A DNA stretch of 64,000 bases from Azolla caroliniana (lineage: Eukaryota; Plantae; Polypodiophyta): positions 1 to 64,000 of the forward strand of contig JBHGNT010000113.1 of assembly GCA_043228905.1 (NCBI GenBank). Reading direction: 5' to 3'. The notes under the pieces are model-generated. The model was not told where the DNA came from. It worked only from the letters and a program-made list of their open reading frames with translations, and ran no database searches. The translations under genes and the position numbers were made by a program. The first letter of the stretch is position 1. Each line of letters opens with the position of its first letter. Of this stretch, positions 21,464 through 34,655 are shown in pieces.

Positions 21464-22326
21464 ATAGTACATAAACCTTGTTCAAATTATTCTCGTGGTC
21501 TCTCTCTAATTTCTCGTAAGTGTTTACGAACAAGTGCGTCTCCCCAATCGCGCATTACACCCACACGAACGTAAACACGAGCACCAACGTCCCTCCAACA
21601 CGAACGTAAACACGACCACCAACGTATAGAATTTGCCTATAGGGGACCGCAAACCACCCAAACGGAAAAAAAATATCAAAGCAGAACACCCATACCGCAC
21701 ACGCCACGGCAACGGCTAAGGTCAACTTGTACACGCGGCGAATGTGAACTTGCTTCCACACTTGCCCGATAGGACACTCCTAGTGTGGTAGTCCGGTTAG
21801 CTTTCCTTGTCGTCGTCGTTACCAACCCCTCGTCCGAACGAGCGAGTACGGACACCGGTCTATCTACGTTCATCGAAGTAGCACACTCGGGAGCCACCAC
21901 TCGTCCCGCAGTAGCCTCCGCGTGCTTAGTGTCTCGGCACTAGCGCGTGCTAGTTTAATGTGCACGTGCCCGCACACCCCTACGCGCACGCGCGAGTGCG
22001 CACATCTACCTACGTATGTATAAATGTTATGTTGCTCGACAAGCTCTCGCGCGAGGAGGAGGAGGAGTACCCGCCACAGGTTGCGCCCAGATTGTCTGGT
22101 GACAATACGACACCTAGGACTAGCCTAGACGTGTGGGAGGGTGGACTAGTTGGTATGGGTCTTGGGCAAGAGTTGTACGCAGGGACACACACGTTATGGT
22201 AATGGGAGTGGTGAGTGACATGCATGTGCTCTGATTGCATGGCCATGTGTATATATTAAAGGTGGAGGGAGCAATGTCAATACAATCCATTAGGAGACAA
22301 GCACCGGGATCATAAGGACAATCGCA

Positions 22327-23112
22327 ATGGCAAAGCTTACTTCCGTATTCCTCATGGCCGTGATCATGCTCGCCGCGTGTACCGCGGCCAATGCTAGGTC
22401 TGTAGGGCGGGACCGTGAAGAGGAGCGACGCGATCGACGTCGTGAGGGAGACATTGACGAGGAGAGGCGCGATCGACGCCGAGAGGGGGAGTGCGATGAC
22501 GAGAGGCGCGAGCGACGTCGTGAGGGGTTCCTTGAGGAGGGGCGCCGCTACAGAGACAACAAGAGAGACTCCGAAGAGGAAAGGGAACGTCGTAGCCGTG
22601 GTCGCGATGAGCCACGTGACGAGGAACTGAGGCGAGAGTGCGGTGATTTCATCGACAAGCAGATCCGAGAGCTACAAGAGCGCTCCGAAAGAGAGGAAGG
22701 TGAACAAGGACGTCGCTCCCCATGGATCGAAAACACTCGATACTCAAGACCCTCGGAACGGTGCTGCAGGAACGTCGAACGAATCCCCGCCGAAGATCGA
22801 TGCGATCGCCTACGTGATGCCTTGTATGCTGACGAGGAGGAACGACGCAATGATGAAGGCCGACGCCATGGCCAACAATCAAGGGAACACCGTAGCTGGG
22901 AGGAAGAGGACGAGGAGCGCGAGAGAGATAGCAGCCGTGAGCGACGAGAGGGTGACGAACGCCGCCACCGCATGTCTCGACGACAAGAGGACGAACGTCA
23001 ACAACGTCGCCAATTCAAGGCCGATGACGAGGAAAGAGCTCTAGGCGTCGCCGCCTCCCGCCTACTCCAACAGTGCGATCTTCGCCCTCGTGCTTGTATT
23101 CGTCGCTTCTAA
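22327..23112 (+). CDS. 2S albumin-like storage protein, copy 14
   Basis: Intact 261-aa ORF, consensus protein. Confidence 0.85.
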   Translation: MAKLTSVFLMAVIMLAACTAANARSVGRDREEERRDRRREGDIDEERRDRRREGECDDERRERRREGFLEEGRRYRDNKRDSEEERERRSRGRDEPRDEELRRECGDFIDKQIRELQERSEREEGEQGRRSPWIENTRYSRPSERCCRNVERIPAEDRCDRLRDALYADEEERRNDEGRRHGQQSREHRSWEEEDEERERDSSRERREGDERRHRMSRRQEDERQQRRQFKADDEERALGVAASRLLQQCDLRPRACIRRF

Positions 23113-23975
23113 ATAGTACATAAACCTTGTTCAAATTATTCTCGTGGTCTCTCTCTAATTTCTCGTAAGTGTTTACGAACAAGTGCGTCTCCCCAATCGC
23201 GCATTACACCCACACGAACGTAAACACGAGCACCAACGTCCCTCCAACACGAACGTAAACACGACCACCAACGTATAGAATTTGCCTATAGGGGACCGCA
23301 AACCACCCAAACGGAAAAAAAATATCAAAGCAGAACACCCATACCGCACACGCCACGGCAACGGCTAAGGTCAACTTGTACACGCGGCGAATGTGAACTT
23401 GCTTCCACACTTGCCCGATAGGACACTCCTAGTGTGGTAGTCCGGTTAGCTTTCCTTGTCGTCGTCGTTACCAACCCCTCGTCCGAACGAGCGAGTACGG
23501 ACACCGGTCTATCTACGTTTATCGATGTAGCACACTCGGGAGCCACCACTCGTCCCGCAGTAGCCTCCGCGTGCTTAGTGTCTCGGCACTAGCGCGTGCT
23601 AGTTTAATGTGCACGTGCCCGCACACCCCTACGCGCACGCGCGAGTGCGCACATCTACCTACGTATGTATAAATGTTATGTTGCTCGACAAGCTCTCGCG
23701 CGAGGAGGAGGAGGAGTACCCGCCACAGGTTGCGCCCAGATTGTCTGGTGACAATACGACACCTAGGACTAGCCTAGACGTGTGGGAGGGTGGACTAGTT
23801 GGTATGGGTCTTGGGCAAGAGTTGTACGCAGGGACACACACGTTATGGTAATGGGAGTGGTGAGTGACATGCATGTGCTCTGATTGCATGGCCATGTGTA
23901 TATATTAAAGGTGGAGGGAGCAATGTCAATACAATCCATTAGGAGACAAGCACCGGGATCATAAGGACAATCGCA

Positions 23976-24761
23976 ATGGCAAAGCTTACTTCCGTATTCC
24001 TCATGGCCGTGATCATGCTCGCCGCGTGTACCGCGGCCAATGCTAGGTCTGTAGGGCGGGACCGTGAAGAGGAGCGACGCGATCGACGTCGTGAGGGAGA
24101 CATTGACGAGGAGAGGCGCGATCGACGCCGAGAGGGGGAGTGCGATGACGAGAGGCGCGAGCGACGTCGTGAGGGGTTCCTTGAGGAGGGGCGCCGCTAC
24201 AGAGACAACAAGAGAGACTCCGAAGAGGAAAGGGAACGTCGTAGCCGTGGTCGCGATGAGCCACGTGACGAGGAACTGAGGCGAGAGTGCGGTGATTTCA
24301 TCGACAAGCAGATCCGAGAGCTACAAGAGCGCTCCGAAAGAGAGGAAGGTGAACAAGGACGTCGCTCCCCATGGATCGAAAACACTCGATACTCAAGACC
24401 CTCGGAACGGTGCTGCAGGAACGTCGAACGAATCCCCGCCGAAGATCGATGCGATCGCCTACGTGATGCCTTGTATGCTGACGAGGAGGAACGACGCAAT
24501 GATGAAGGCCGACGCCATGGCCAACAATCAAGGGAACACCGTAGCTGGGAGGAAGAGGACGAGGAGCGCGAGAGAGATAGCAGCCGTGAGCGACGAGAGG
24601 GTGACGAACGCCGCCACCGCATGTCTCGACGACGAGAGGACGAACGTCAACAACGTCGCCAATTCAAGGCCGATGACGAGGAAAGAGCTCTAGGCGTCGC
24701 CGCCTCCCGCCTACTCCAACAGTGCGATCTTCGCCCTCGTGCTTGTATTCGTCGCTTCTAA
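23976..24761 (+). CDS. 2S albumin-like storage protein, copy 15 (R220)
   Basis: Intact 261-aa ORF. Confidence 0.85.
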   Translation: MAKLTSVFLMAVIMLAACTAANARSVGRDREEERRDRRREGDIDEERRDRRREGECDDERRERRREGFLEEGRRYRDNKRDSEEERERRSRGRDEPRDEELRRECGDFIDKQIRELQERSEREEGEQGRRSPWIENTRYSRPSERCCRNVERIPAEDRCDRLRDALYADEEERRNDEGRRHGQQSREHRSWEEEDEERERDSSRERREGDERRHRMSRRREDERQQRRQFKADDEERALGVAASRLLQQCDLRPRACIRRF

Positions 24762-25624
24762 ATAGTACATAAACCTTGTTCAAATTATTCTCGTGGTCTC
24801 TCTCTAATTTCTCGTAAGTGTTTACGAACAAGTGCGTCTCCCCAATCGCGCATTACACCCACACGAACGTAAACACGAGCACCAACGTCCCTCCAACACG
24901 AACGTAAACACGACCACCAACGTATAGAATTTGCCTATAGGGGACCGCAAACCACCCAAACGGAAAAAAAATATCAAAGCAGAACACCCATACCGCACAC
25001 GCCACGGCAACGGCTAAGGTCAACTTGTACACGCGGCGAATGTGAACTTGCTTCCACACTTGCCCGATAGGACACTCCTAGTGTGGTAGTCCGGTTAGCT
25101 TTCCTTGTCGTCGTCGTTACCAACCCCTCGTCCGAACGAGCGAGTACGGACACCGGTCTATCTACGTTCATCGATGTAGCACACTCGGGAGCCACCACTC
25201 GTCCCGCAGTAGCCTCCGCGTGCTTAGTGTCTCGGCACTAGCGCGTGCTAGTTTAATGTGCACGTGCCCGCACACCCCTACGCGCACGCGCGAGTGCGCA
25301 CATCTACCTACGTATGTATAAATGTTATGTTGCTCGACAAGCTCTCGCGCGAGGAGGAGGAGGAGTACCCGCCACAGGTTGCGCCCAGATTGTCTGGTGA
25401 CAATACGACACCTAGGACTAGCCTAGACGTGTGGGAGGGTGGACTAGTTGGTATGGGTCTTGGGCAAGAGTTGTACGCAGGGACACACACGTTATGGTAA
25501 TGGGAGTGGTGAGTGACATGCATGTGCTCTGATTGCATGGCCATGTGTATATATTAAAGGTGGAGGGAGCAATGTCAATACAATCCATTAGGAGACAAGC
25601 ACCGGGATCATAAGGACAATCGCA

Positions 25625-26410
25625 ATGGCAAAGCTTACTTCCGTATTCCTCATGGCCGTGATCATGCTCGCCGCGTGTACCGCGGCCAATGCTAGGTCTG
25701 TAGGGCGGGACCGTGAAGAGGAGCGACGCGATCGACGTCGTGAGGGAGACATTGACGAGGAGAGGCGCGATCGACGCCGAGAGGGGGAGTGCGATGACGA
25801 GAGGCGCGAGCGACGTCGTGAGGGGTTCCTTGAGGAGGGGCGCCGCTACAGAGACAACAAGAGAGACTCCGAAGAGGAAAGGGAACGTCGTAGCCGTGGT
25901 CGCGATGAGCCACGTGACGAGGAACTGAGGCGAGAGTGCGGTGATTTCATCGACAAGCAGATCCGAGAGCTACAAGAGCGCTCCGAAAGAGAGGAAGGTG
26001 AACAAGGACGTCGCTCCCCATGGATCGAAAACACTCGATACTCAAGACCCTCGGAACGGTGCTGCAGGAACGTCGAACGAATCCCCGCCGAAGATCGATG
26101 CGATCGCCTACGTGATGCCTTGTATGCTGACGAGGAGGAACGACGCAATGATGAAGGCCGACGCCATGGCCAACAATCAAGGGAACACCGTAGCTGGGAG
26201 GAAGAGGACGAGGAGCGCGAGAGAGATAGCAGCCGTGAGCGACGAGAGGGTGACGAACGCCGCCACCGCATGTCTCGACGACGAGAGGACGAACGTCAAC
26301 AACGTCGCCAATTCAAGGCCGATGACGAGGAAAGAGCTCTAGGCGTCGCCGCCTCCCGCCTACTCCAACAGTGCGATCTTCGCCCTCGTGCTTGTATTCG
26401 TCGCTTCTAA
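25625..26410 (+). CDS. 2S albumin-like storage protein, copy 16 (R220)
   Basis: Intact 261-aa ORF. Confidence 0.85.
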   Translation: MAKLTSVFLMAVIMLAACTAANARSVGRDREEERRDRRREGDIDEERRDRRREGECDDERRERRREGFLEEGRRYRDNKRDSEEERERRSRGRDEPRDEELRRECGDFIDKQIRELQERSEREEGEQGRRSPWIENTRYSRPSERCCRNVERIPAEDRCDRLRDALYADEEERRNDEGRRHGQQSREHRSWEEEDEERERDSSRERREGDERRHRMSRRREDERQQRRQFKADDEERALGVAASRLLQQCDLRPRACIRRF

Positions 26411-27273
26411 ATAGTACATAAACCTTGTTCAAATTATTCTCGTGGTCTCTCTCTAATTTCTCGTAAGTGTTTACGAACAAGTGCGTCTCCCCAATCGCGC
26501 ATTACACCCACACGAACGTAAACACGAGCACCAACGTCCCTCCAACACGAACGTAAACACGACCACCAACGTATAGAATTTGCCTATAGGGGACCGCAAA
26601 CCACCCAAACGGAAAAAAAATATCAAAGCAGAACACCCATACCGCACACGCCACGGCAACGGCTAAGGTCAACTTGTACACGCGGCGAATGTGAACTTGC
26701 TTCCACACTTGCCCGATAGGACACTCCTAGTGTGGTAGTCCGGTTAGCTTTCCTTGTCGTCGTCGTTACCAACCCCTCGTCCGAACGAGCGAGTACGGAC
26801 ACCGGTCTATCTACGTTCATCGATGTAGCACACTCGGGAGCCACCACTCGTCCCGCAGTAGCCTCCGCGTGCTTAGTGTCTCGGCACTAGCGCGTGCTAG
26901 TTTAATGTGCACGTGCCCGCACACCCCTACGCGCACGCGCGAGTGCGCACATCTACCTACGTATGTATAAATGTTATGTTGCTCGACAAGCTCTCGCGCG
27001 AGGAGGAGGAGGAGTACCCGCCACAGGTTGCGCCCAGATTGTCTGGTGACAATACGACACCTAGGACTAGCCTAGACGTGTGGGAGGGTGGACTAGTTGG
27101 TATGGGTCTTGGGCAAGAGTTGTACGCAGGGACACACACGTTATGGTAATGGGAGTGGTGAGTGACATGCATGTGCTCTGATTGCATGGCCATGTGTATA
27201 TATTAAAGGTGGAGGGAGCAATGTCAATACAATCCATTAGGAGACAAGCACCGGGATCATAAGGACAATCGCA

Positions 27274-28059
27274 ATGGCAAAGCTTACTTCCGTATTCCTC
27301 ATGGCCGTGATCATGCTCGCCGCGTGTACCGCGGCCAATGCTAGGTCTGTAGGGCGGGACCGTGAAGAGGAGCGACGCGATCGACGTCGTGAGGGAGACA
27401 TTGACGAGGAGAGGCGCGATCGACGCCGAGAGGGGGAGTGCGATGACGAGAGGCGCGAGCGACGTCGTGAGGGGTTCCTTGAGGAGGGGCGCCGCTACAG
27501 AGACAACAAGAGAGACTCCGAAGAGGAAAGGGAACGTCGTAGCCGTGGTCGCGATGAGCCACGTGACGAGGAACTGAGGCGAGAGTGCGGTGATTTCATC
27601 GACAAGCAGATCCGAGAGCTACAAGAGCGCTCCGAAAGAGAGGAAGGTGAACAAGGACGTCGCTCCCCATGGATCGAAAACACTCGATACTCAAGACCCT
27701 CGGAACGGTGCTGCAGGAACGTCGAACGAATCCCCGCCGAAGATCGATGCGATCGCCTACGTGATGCCTTGTATGCTGACGAGGAGGAACGACGCAATGA
27801 TGAAGGCCGACGCCATGGCCAACAATCAAGGGAACACCGTAGCTGGGAGGAAGAGGACGAGGAGCGCGAGAGAGATAGCAGCCGTGAGCGACGAGAGGGT
27901 GACGAACGCCGCCACCGCATGTCTCGACGACAAGAGGACGAACGTCAACAACGTCGCCAATTCAAGGCCGATGACGAGGAAAGAGCTCTAGGCGTCGCCG
28001 CCTCCCGCCTACTCCAACAGTGCGATCTTCGCCCTCGTGCTTGTATTCGTCGCTTCTAA
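27274..28059 (+). CDS. 2S albumin-like storage protein, copy 17
   Basis: Intact 261-aa ORF, consensus protein. Confidence 0.85.
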   Translation: MAKLTSVFLMAVIMLAACTAANARSVGRDREEERRDRRREGDIDEERRDRRREGECDDERRERRREGFLEEGRRYRDNKRDSEEERERRSRGRDEPRDEELRRECGDFIDKQIRELQERSEREEGEQGRRSPWIENTRYSRPSERCCRNVERIPAEDRCDRLRDALYADEEERRNDEGRRHGQQSREHRSWEEEDEERERDSSRERREGDERRHRMSRRQEDERQQRRQFKADDEERALGVAASRLLQQCDLRPRACIRRF

Positions 28060-28922
28060 ATAGTACATAAACCTTGTTCAAATTATTCTCGTGGTCTCTC
28101 TCTAATTTCTCGTAAGTGTTTACGAACAAGTGCGTCTCCCCAATCGCGCATTACACCCACACGAACGTAAACACGAGCACCAACGTCCCTCCAACACGAA
28201 CGTAAACACGACCACCAACGTATAGAATTTGCCTATAGGGGACCGCAAACCACCCAAACGGAAAAAAAATATCAAAGCAGAACACCCATACCGCACACGC
28301 CACGGCAACGGCTAAGGTCAACTTGTACACGCGGCGAATGTGAACTTGCTTCCACACTTGCCCGATAGGACACTCCTAGTGTGGTAGTCCGGTTAGCTTT
28401 CCTTGTCGTCGTCGTTACCAACCCCTCGTCCGAACGAGCGAGTACGGACACCGGTCTATCTACGTTCATCGATGTAGCACACTCGGGAGCCACCACTCGT
28501 CCCGCAGTAGCCTCCGCGTGCTTAGTGTCTCGGCACTAGCGCGTGCTAGTTTAATGTGCACGTGCCCGCACACCCCTACGCGCACGCGCGAGTGCGCACA
28601 TCTACCTACATATGTATAAATGTTATGTTGCTCGACAAGCTCTCGCGCGAGGAGGAGGAGGAGTACCCGCCACAGGTTGCGCCCAGATTGTCTGGTGACA
28701 ATACGACACCTAGGACTAGCCTAGACGTGTGGGAGGGTGGACTAGTTGGTATGGGTCTTGGGCAAGAGTTGTACGCAGGGACACACACGTTATGGTAATG
28801 GGAGTGGTGAGTGACATGCATGTGCTCTGATTGCATGGCCATGTGTATATATTAAAGGTGGAGGGAGCAATGTCAATACAATCCATTAGGAGACAAGCAC
28901 CGGGATCATAAGGACAATCGCA

Positions 28923-29708
28923 ATGGCAAAGCTTACTTCCGTATTCCTCATGGCCGTGATCATGCTCGCCGCGTGTACCGCGGCCAATGCTAGGTCTGTA
29001 GGGCGGGACCGTGAAGAGGAGCGACGCGATCGACGTCGTGAGGGAGACATTGACGAGGAGAGGCGCGATCGACGCCGAGAGGGGGAGTGCGATGACGAGA
29101 GGCGCGAGCGACGTCGTGAGGGGTTCCTTGAGGAGGGGCGCCGCTACAGAGACAACAAGAGAGACTCCGAAGAGGAAAGGGAACGTCGTAGCCGTGGTCG
29201 CGATGAGCCACGTGACGAGGAACTGAGGCGAGAGTGCGGTGATTTCATCGACAAGCAGATCCGAGAGCTACAAGAGCGCTCCGAAAGAGAGGAAGGTGAA
29301 CAAGGACGTCGCTCCCCATGGATCGAAAACACTCGATACTCAAGACCCTCGGAACGGTGCTGCAGGAACGTCGAACGAATCCCCGCCGAAGATCGATGCG
29401 ATCGCCTACGTGATGCCTTGTATGCTGACGAGGAGGAACGACGCAATGATGAAGGCCGACGCCATGGCCAACAATCAAGGGAACACCGTAGCTGGGAGGA
29501 AGAGGACGAGGAGCGCGAGAGAGATAGCAGCCGTGAGCGACGAGAGGGTGACGAACGCCGCCACCGCATGTCTCGACGACAAGAGGACGAACGTCAACAA
29601 CGTCGCCAATTCAAGGCCGATGACGAGGAAAGAGCTCTAGGCGTCGCCGCCTCCCGCCTACTCCAACAGTGCGATCTTCGCCCTCGTGCTTGTATTCGTC
29701 GCTTCTAA
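28923..29708 (+). CDS. 2S albumin-like storage protein, copy 18
   Basis: Intact 261-aa ORF, consensus protein. Confidence 0.85.
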   Translation: MAKLTSVFLMAVIMLAACTAANARSVGRDREEERRDRRREGDIDEERRDRRREGECDDERRERRREGFLEEGRRYRDNKRDSEEERERRSRGRDEPRDEELRRECGDFIDKQIRELQERSEREEGEQGRRSPWIENTRYSRPSERCCRNVERIPAEDRCDRLRDALYADEEERRNDEGRRHGQQSREHRSWEEEDEERERDSSRERREGDERRHRMSRRQEDERQQRRQFKADDEERALGVAASRLLQQCDLRPRACIRRF

Positions 29709-30571
29709 ATAGTACATAAACCTTGTTCAAATTATTCTCGTGGTCTCTCTCTAATTTCTCGTAAGTGTTTACGAACAAGTGCGTCTCCACAATCGCGCAT
29801 TACACCCACACGAACGTAAACACGAGCACCAACGTCCCTCCAACACGAACGTAAACACGACCACCAACGTATAGAATTTGCCAATAGGGGACCGCAAACC
29901 ACCCAAACGGAAAAAAAATATCAAAGCAGAACACCCATACCGCACACGCCACGGCAACGGCTAAGGTCAACTTGTACACGCGGCGAATGTGAACTTGCTT
30001 CCACACTTGCCCGATAGGACACTCCTAGTGTGGTAGTCCGGTTAGCTTTCCTTGTCGTCGTCGTTACCAACCCCTCGTCCGAACGAGCGAGTACGGACAC
30101 CGGTCTATCTACGTTCATCGATGTAGCACACTCGGGAGCCACCACTCGTCCCGCAGTAGCCTCCGCGTGCTTAGTGTCTCGGCACTAGCGCGTGCTAGTT
30201 TAATGTGCACGTGCCCGCACACCCCTACGCGCACGCGCGAGTGCGCACATCTACCTACGTATGTATAAATGTTATGTTGCTCGACAAGCTCTCGCGCGAG
30301 GAGGAGGAGGAGTACCCGCCACAGGTTGCGCCCAGATTGTCTGGTGACAATACGACACCTAGGACTAGCCTAGACGTGTGGGAGGGTGGACTAGTTGGTA
30401 TGGGTCTTGGGCAAGAGTTGTACGCAGGGACACACACGTTATGGTAATGGGAGTGGTGAGTGACATGCATGTGCTCTGATTGCATGGCCATGTGTATATA
30501 TTAAAGGTGGAGGGAGCAATGTCAATACAATCCATTAGGAGACAAGCACCGGGATCATAAGGACAATCGCA

Positions 30572-31357
30572 ATGGCAAAGCTTACTTCCGTATTCCTCAT
30601 GGCCGTGATCATGCTCGCCGCGTGTACCGCGGCCAATGCTAGGTCTGTAGGGCGGAACCGTGAAGAGGAGCGACGCGATCGACGTCGTGAGGGAGACATT
30701 GACGAGGAGAGGCGCGATCGACGCCGAGAGGGGGAGTGCGATGACGAGAGGCGCGAGCGACGTCGTGAGGGGTTCCTTGAGGAGGGGCGCCGCTACAGAG
30801 ACAACAAGAGAGACTCCGAAGAGGAAAGGGAACGTCGTAGCCGTGGTCGCGATGAGCCACGTGACGAGGAACTGAGGCGAGAGTGCGGTGATTTCATCGA
30901 CAAGCAGATCCGAGAGCTACAAGAGCGCTCCGAAAGAGAGGAAGGTGAACAAGGACGTCGCTCCCCATGGATCGAAAACACTCGATACTCAAGACCCTCG
31001 GAACGGTGCTGCAGGAACGTCGAACGAATCCCCGCCGAAGATCGATGCGATCGCCTACGTGATGCCTTGTATGCTGACGAGGAGGAACGACGCAATGATG
31101 AGGGCCGACGCCATGGCCAACAATCAAGGGAACACCGTAGCTGGGAGGAAGAGGACGAGGAGCGCGAGAGAGATAGCAGCCGTGAGCGACGAGAGGGTGA
31201 CGAACGCCGCCACCGCATGTCTCGACGACAAGAGGACGAACGTCAACAACGTCGCCAATTCAAGGCCGATGACGAGGAAAGAGCTCTAGGCGTCGCCGCC
31301 TCCCGCCTACTCCAACAGTGCGATCTTCGCCCTCGTGCTTGTATTCGTCGCTTCTAA
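30572..31357 (+). CDS. 2S albumin-like storage protein, copy 19 (D29N)
   Basis: Intact 261-aa ORF. Confidence 0.85.
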   Translation: MAKLTSVFLMAVIMLAACTAANARSVGRNREEERRDRRREGDIDEERRDRRREGECDDERRERRREGFLEEGRRYRDNKRDSEEERERRSRGRDEPRDEELRRECGDFIDKQIRELQERSEREEGEQGRRSPWIENTRYSRPSERCCRNVERIPAEDRCDRLRDALYADEEERRNDEGRRHGQQSREHRSWEEEDEERERDSSRERREGDERRHRMSRRQEDERQQRRQFKADDEERALGVAASRLLQQCDLRPRACIRRF

Positions 31358-32220
31358 ATAGTACATAAACCTTGTTCAAATTATTCTCGTGGTCTCTCTC
31401 TAATTTCTCGTAAGTGTTTACGAACAAGTGCGTCTCCCCAATCGCGCATTACACCCACACGAACGTAAACACGAGCACCAACGTCCCTCCAACACGAACG
31501 TAAACACGACCACCAACGTATAGAATTTGCCTATAGGGGACCGCAAACCACCCAAACGGAAAAAAAATATCAAAGCAGAACACCCATACCGCACACGCCA
31601 CGGCAACGGCTAAGGTCAACTTGTACACGCGGCGAATGTGAACTTGCTTCCACACTTGCCCGATAGGACACTCCTAGTGTGGTAGTCCGGTTAGCTTTCC
31701 TTGTCGTCGTCGTTACCAACCCCTCGTCCGAACGAGCGAGTACGGACACCGGTCTATCTACGTTCATCGATGTAGCACACTCGGGAGCCACCACTCGTCC
31801 CGCAGTAGCCTCCGCGTGCTTAGTGTCTCGGCACTAGCGCGTGCTAGTTTAATGTGCACGTGCCCGCACACCCCTACGCGCACGCGCGAGTGCGCACATC
31901 TACCTACGTATGTATAAATGTTATGTTGCTCGACAAGCTCTCGCGCGAGGAGGAGGAGGAGTACCCGCCACAGGTTGCGCCCAGATTGTCTGGTGACAAT
32001 ACGACACCTAGGACTAGCCTAGACGTGTGGGAGGGTGGACTAGTTGGTATGGGTCTTGGGCAAGAGTTGTACGCAGGGACACACACGTTATGGTAATGGG
32101 AGTGGTGAGTGACATGCATGTGCTCTGATTGCATGGCCATGTGTATATATTAAAGGTGGAGGGAGCAATGTCAATACAATCCATTAGGAGACAAGCACCG
32201 GGATCATAAGGACAATCGCA

Positions 32221-33006
32221 ATGGCAAAGCTTACTTCCGTATTCCTCATGGCCGTGATCATGCTCGCCGCGTGTACCGCGGCCAATGCTAGGTCTGTAGG
32301 GCGGGACCGTGAAGAGGAGCGACGCGATCGACGTCGTGAGGGAGACATTGACGAGGAGAGGCGCGATCGACGCCGAGAGGGGGAGTGCGATGACGAGAGG
32401 CGCGAGCGACGTCGTGAGGGGTTCCTTGAGGAGGGGCGCCGCTACAGAGACAACAAGAGAGACTCCGAAGAGGAAAGGGAACGTCGTAGCCGTGGTCGCG
32501 ATGAGCCACGTGACGAGGAACTGAGGCGAGAGTGCGGTGATTTCATCGACAAGCAGATCCGAGAGCTACAAGAGCGCTCCGAAAGAGAGGAAGGTGAACA
32601 AGGACGTCGCTCCCCATGGATCGAAAACACTCGATACTCAAGACCCTCGGAACGGTGCTGCAGGAACGTCGAACGAATCCCCGCCGAAGATCGATGCGAT
32701 CGCCTACGTGATGCCTTGTATGCTGACGAGGAGGAACGACGCAATGATGAAGGCCGACGCCATGGCCAACAATCAAGGGAACACCGTAGCTGGGAGGAAG
32801 AGGACGAGGAGCGCGAGAGAGATAGCAGCCGTGAGCGACGAGAGGGTGACGAACGCCGCCACCGCATGTCTCGACGACAAGAGGACGAACGTCAACAACG
32901 TCGCCAATTCAAGGCCGATGACGAGGAAAGAGCTCTAGGCGTCGCCGCCTCCCGCCTACTCCAACAGTGCGATCTTCGCCCTCGTGCTTGTATTCGTCGC
33001 TTCTAA
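32221..33006 (+). CDS. 2S albumin-like storage protein, copy 20
   Basis: Intact 261-aa ORF, consensus protein. Confidence 0.85.
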   Translation: MAKLTSVFLMAVIMLAACTAANARSVGRDREEERRDRRREGDIDEERRDRRREGECDDERRERRREGFLEEGRRYRDNKRDSEEERERRSRGRDEPRDEELRRECGDFIDKQIRELQERSEREEGEQGRRSPWIENTRYSRPSERCCRNVERIPAEDRCDRLRDALYADEEERRNDEGRRHGQQSREHRSWEEEDEERERDSSRERREGDERRHRMSRRQEDERQQRRQFKADDEERALGVAASRLLQQCDLRPRACIRRF

Positions 33007-33869
33007 ATAGTACATAAACCTTGTTCAAATTATTCTCGTGGTCTCTCTCTAATTTCTCGTAAGTGTTTACGAACAAGTGCGTCTCCCCCATCGCGCATTA
33101 CACCCACACGAACGTAAACACGAGCACCAACGTCCCTCCAACACGAACGTAAACACGACCACCAACGTATAGAATTTGCCTATAGGGGACCGCAAACCAC
33201 CCAAACGGAAAAAAAATATCAAAGCAGAACACCCATACCGCACACGCCACGGCAACGGCTAAGGTCAACTTGTACACGCGGCGAATGTGAACTTGCTTCC
33301 ACACTTGCCCGATAGGACACTCCTAGTGTGGTAGTCCGGTTAGCTTTCCTTGTCGTCGTCGTTACCAACCCCTCGTCCGAACGAGCGAGTACGGACACCG
33401 GTCTATCTACGTTCATCGATGTAGCACACTCGGGAGCCACCACTCGTCCCGCAGTAGCCTCCGCGTGCTTAGTGTCTCGGCACTAGCGCGTGCTAGTTTA
33501 ATGTGCACGTGCCCGCACACCCCTACGCGCACGCGCGAGTGCGCACATCTACCTACGTATGTATAAATGTTATGTTGCTCGACAAGCTCTCGCGCGAGGA
33601 GGAGGAGGAGTACCCGCCACAGGTTGCGCCCAGATTGTCTGGTGACAATACGACACCTAGGACTAGCCTAGACGTGTGGGAGGGTGGACTAGTTGGTATG
33701 GGTCTTGGGCAAGAGTTGTACGCAGGGACACACACGTTATGGTAATGGGAGTGGTGAGTGACATGCATGTGCTCTGATTGCATGGCCATGTGTATATATT
33801 AAAGGTGGAGGGAGCAATGTCAATACAATCCATTAGGAGACAAGCACCGGGATCATAAGGACAATCGCA

Positions 33870-34655
33870 ATGGCAAAGCTTACTTCCGTATTCCTCATGG
33901 CCGTGATCATGCTCGCCGCGTGTACCGCGGCCAATGCTAGGTCTGTAGGGCGGGACCGTGAAGAGGAGCGACGCGATCGACGTCGTGAGGGAGACATTGA
34001 CGAGGAGAGGCGCGATCGACGCCGAGAGGGGGAGTGCGATGACGAGAGGCGCGAGCGACGTCGTGAGGGGTTCCTTGAGGAGGGGCGCCGCTACAGAGAC
34101 AACAAGAGAGACTCCGAAGAGGAAAGGGAACGTCGTAGCCGTGGTCGCGATGAGCCACGTGACGAGGAACTGAGGCGAGAGTGCGGTGATTTCATCGACA
34201 AGCAGATCCGAGAGCTACAAGAGCGCTCCGAAAGAGAGGAAGGTGAACAAGGACGTCGCTCCCCATGGATCGAAAACACTCGATACTCAAGACCCTCGGA
34301 ACGGTGCTGCAGGAACGTCGAACGAATCCCCGCCGAAGATCGATGCGATCGCCTACGTGATGCCTTGTATGCTGACGAGGAGGAACGACGCAATGATGAA
34401 GGCCGACGCCATGGCCAACAATCAAGGGAACACCGTAGCTGGGAGGAAGAGGACGAGGAGCGCGAGAGAGATAGCAGCCGTGAGCGACGAGAGGGTGACG
34501 AACGCCGCCACCGCATGTCTCGACGACAAGAGGACGAACGTCAACAACGTCGCCAATTCAAGGCCGATGACGAGGAAAGAGCTCTAGGCGTCGCCGCCTC
34601 CCGCCTACTCCAACAGTGCGATCTTCGCCCTCGTGCTTGTATTCGTCGCTTCTAA
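33870..34655 (+). CDS. 2S albumin-like storage protein, copy 21
   Basis: Intact 261-aa ORF, consensus protein. Confidence 0.85.
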   Translation: MAKLTSVFLMAVIMLAACTAANARSVGRDREEERRDRRREGDIDEERRDRRREGECDDERRERRREGFLEEGRRYRDNKRDSEEERERRSRGRDEPRDEELRRECGDFIDKQIRELQERSEREEGEQGRRSPWIENTRYSRPSERCCRNVERIPAEDRCDRLRDALYADEEERRNDEGRRHGQQSREHRSWEEEDEERERDSSRERREGDERRHRMSRRQEDERQQRRQFKADDEERALGVAASRLLQQCDLRPRACIRRF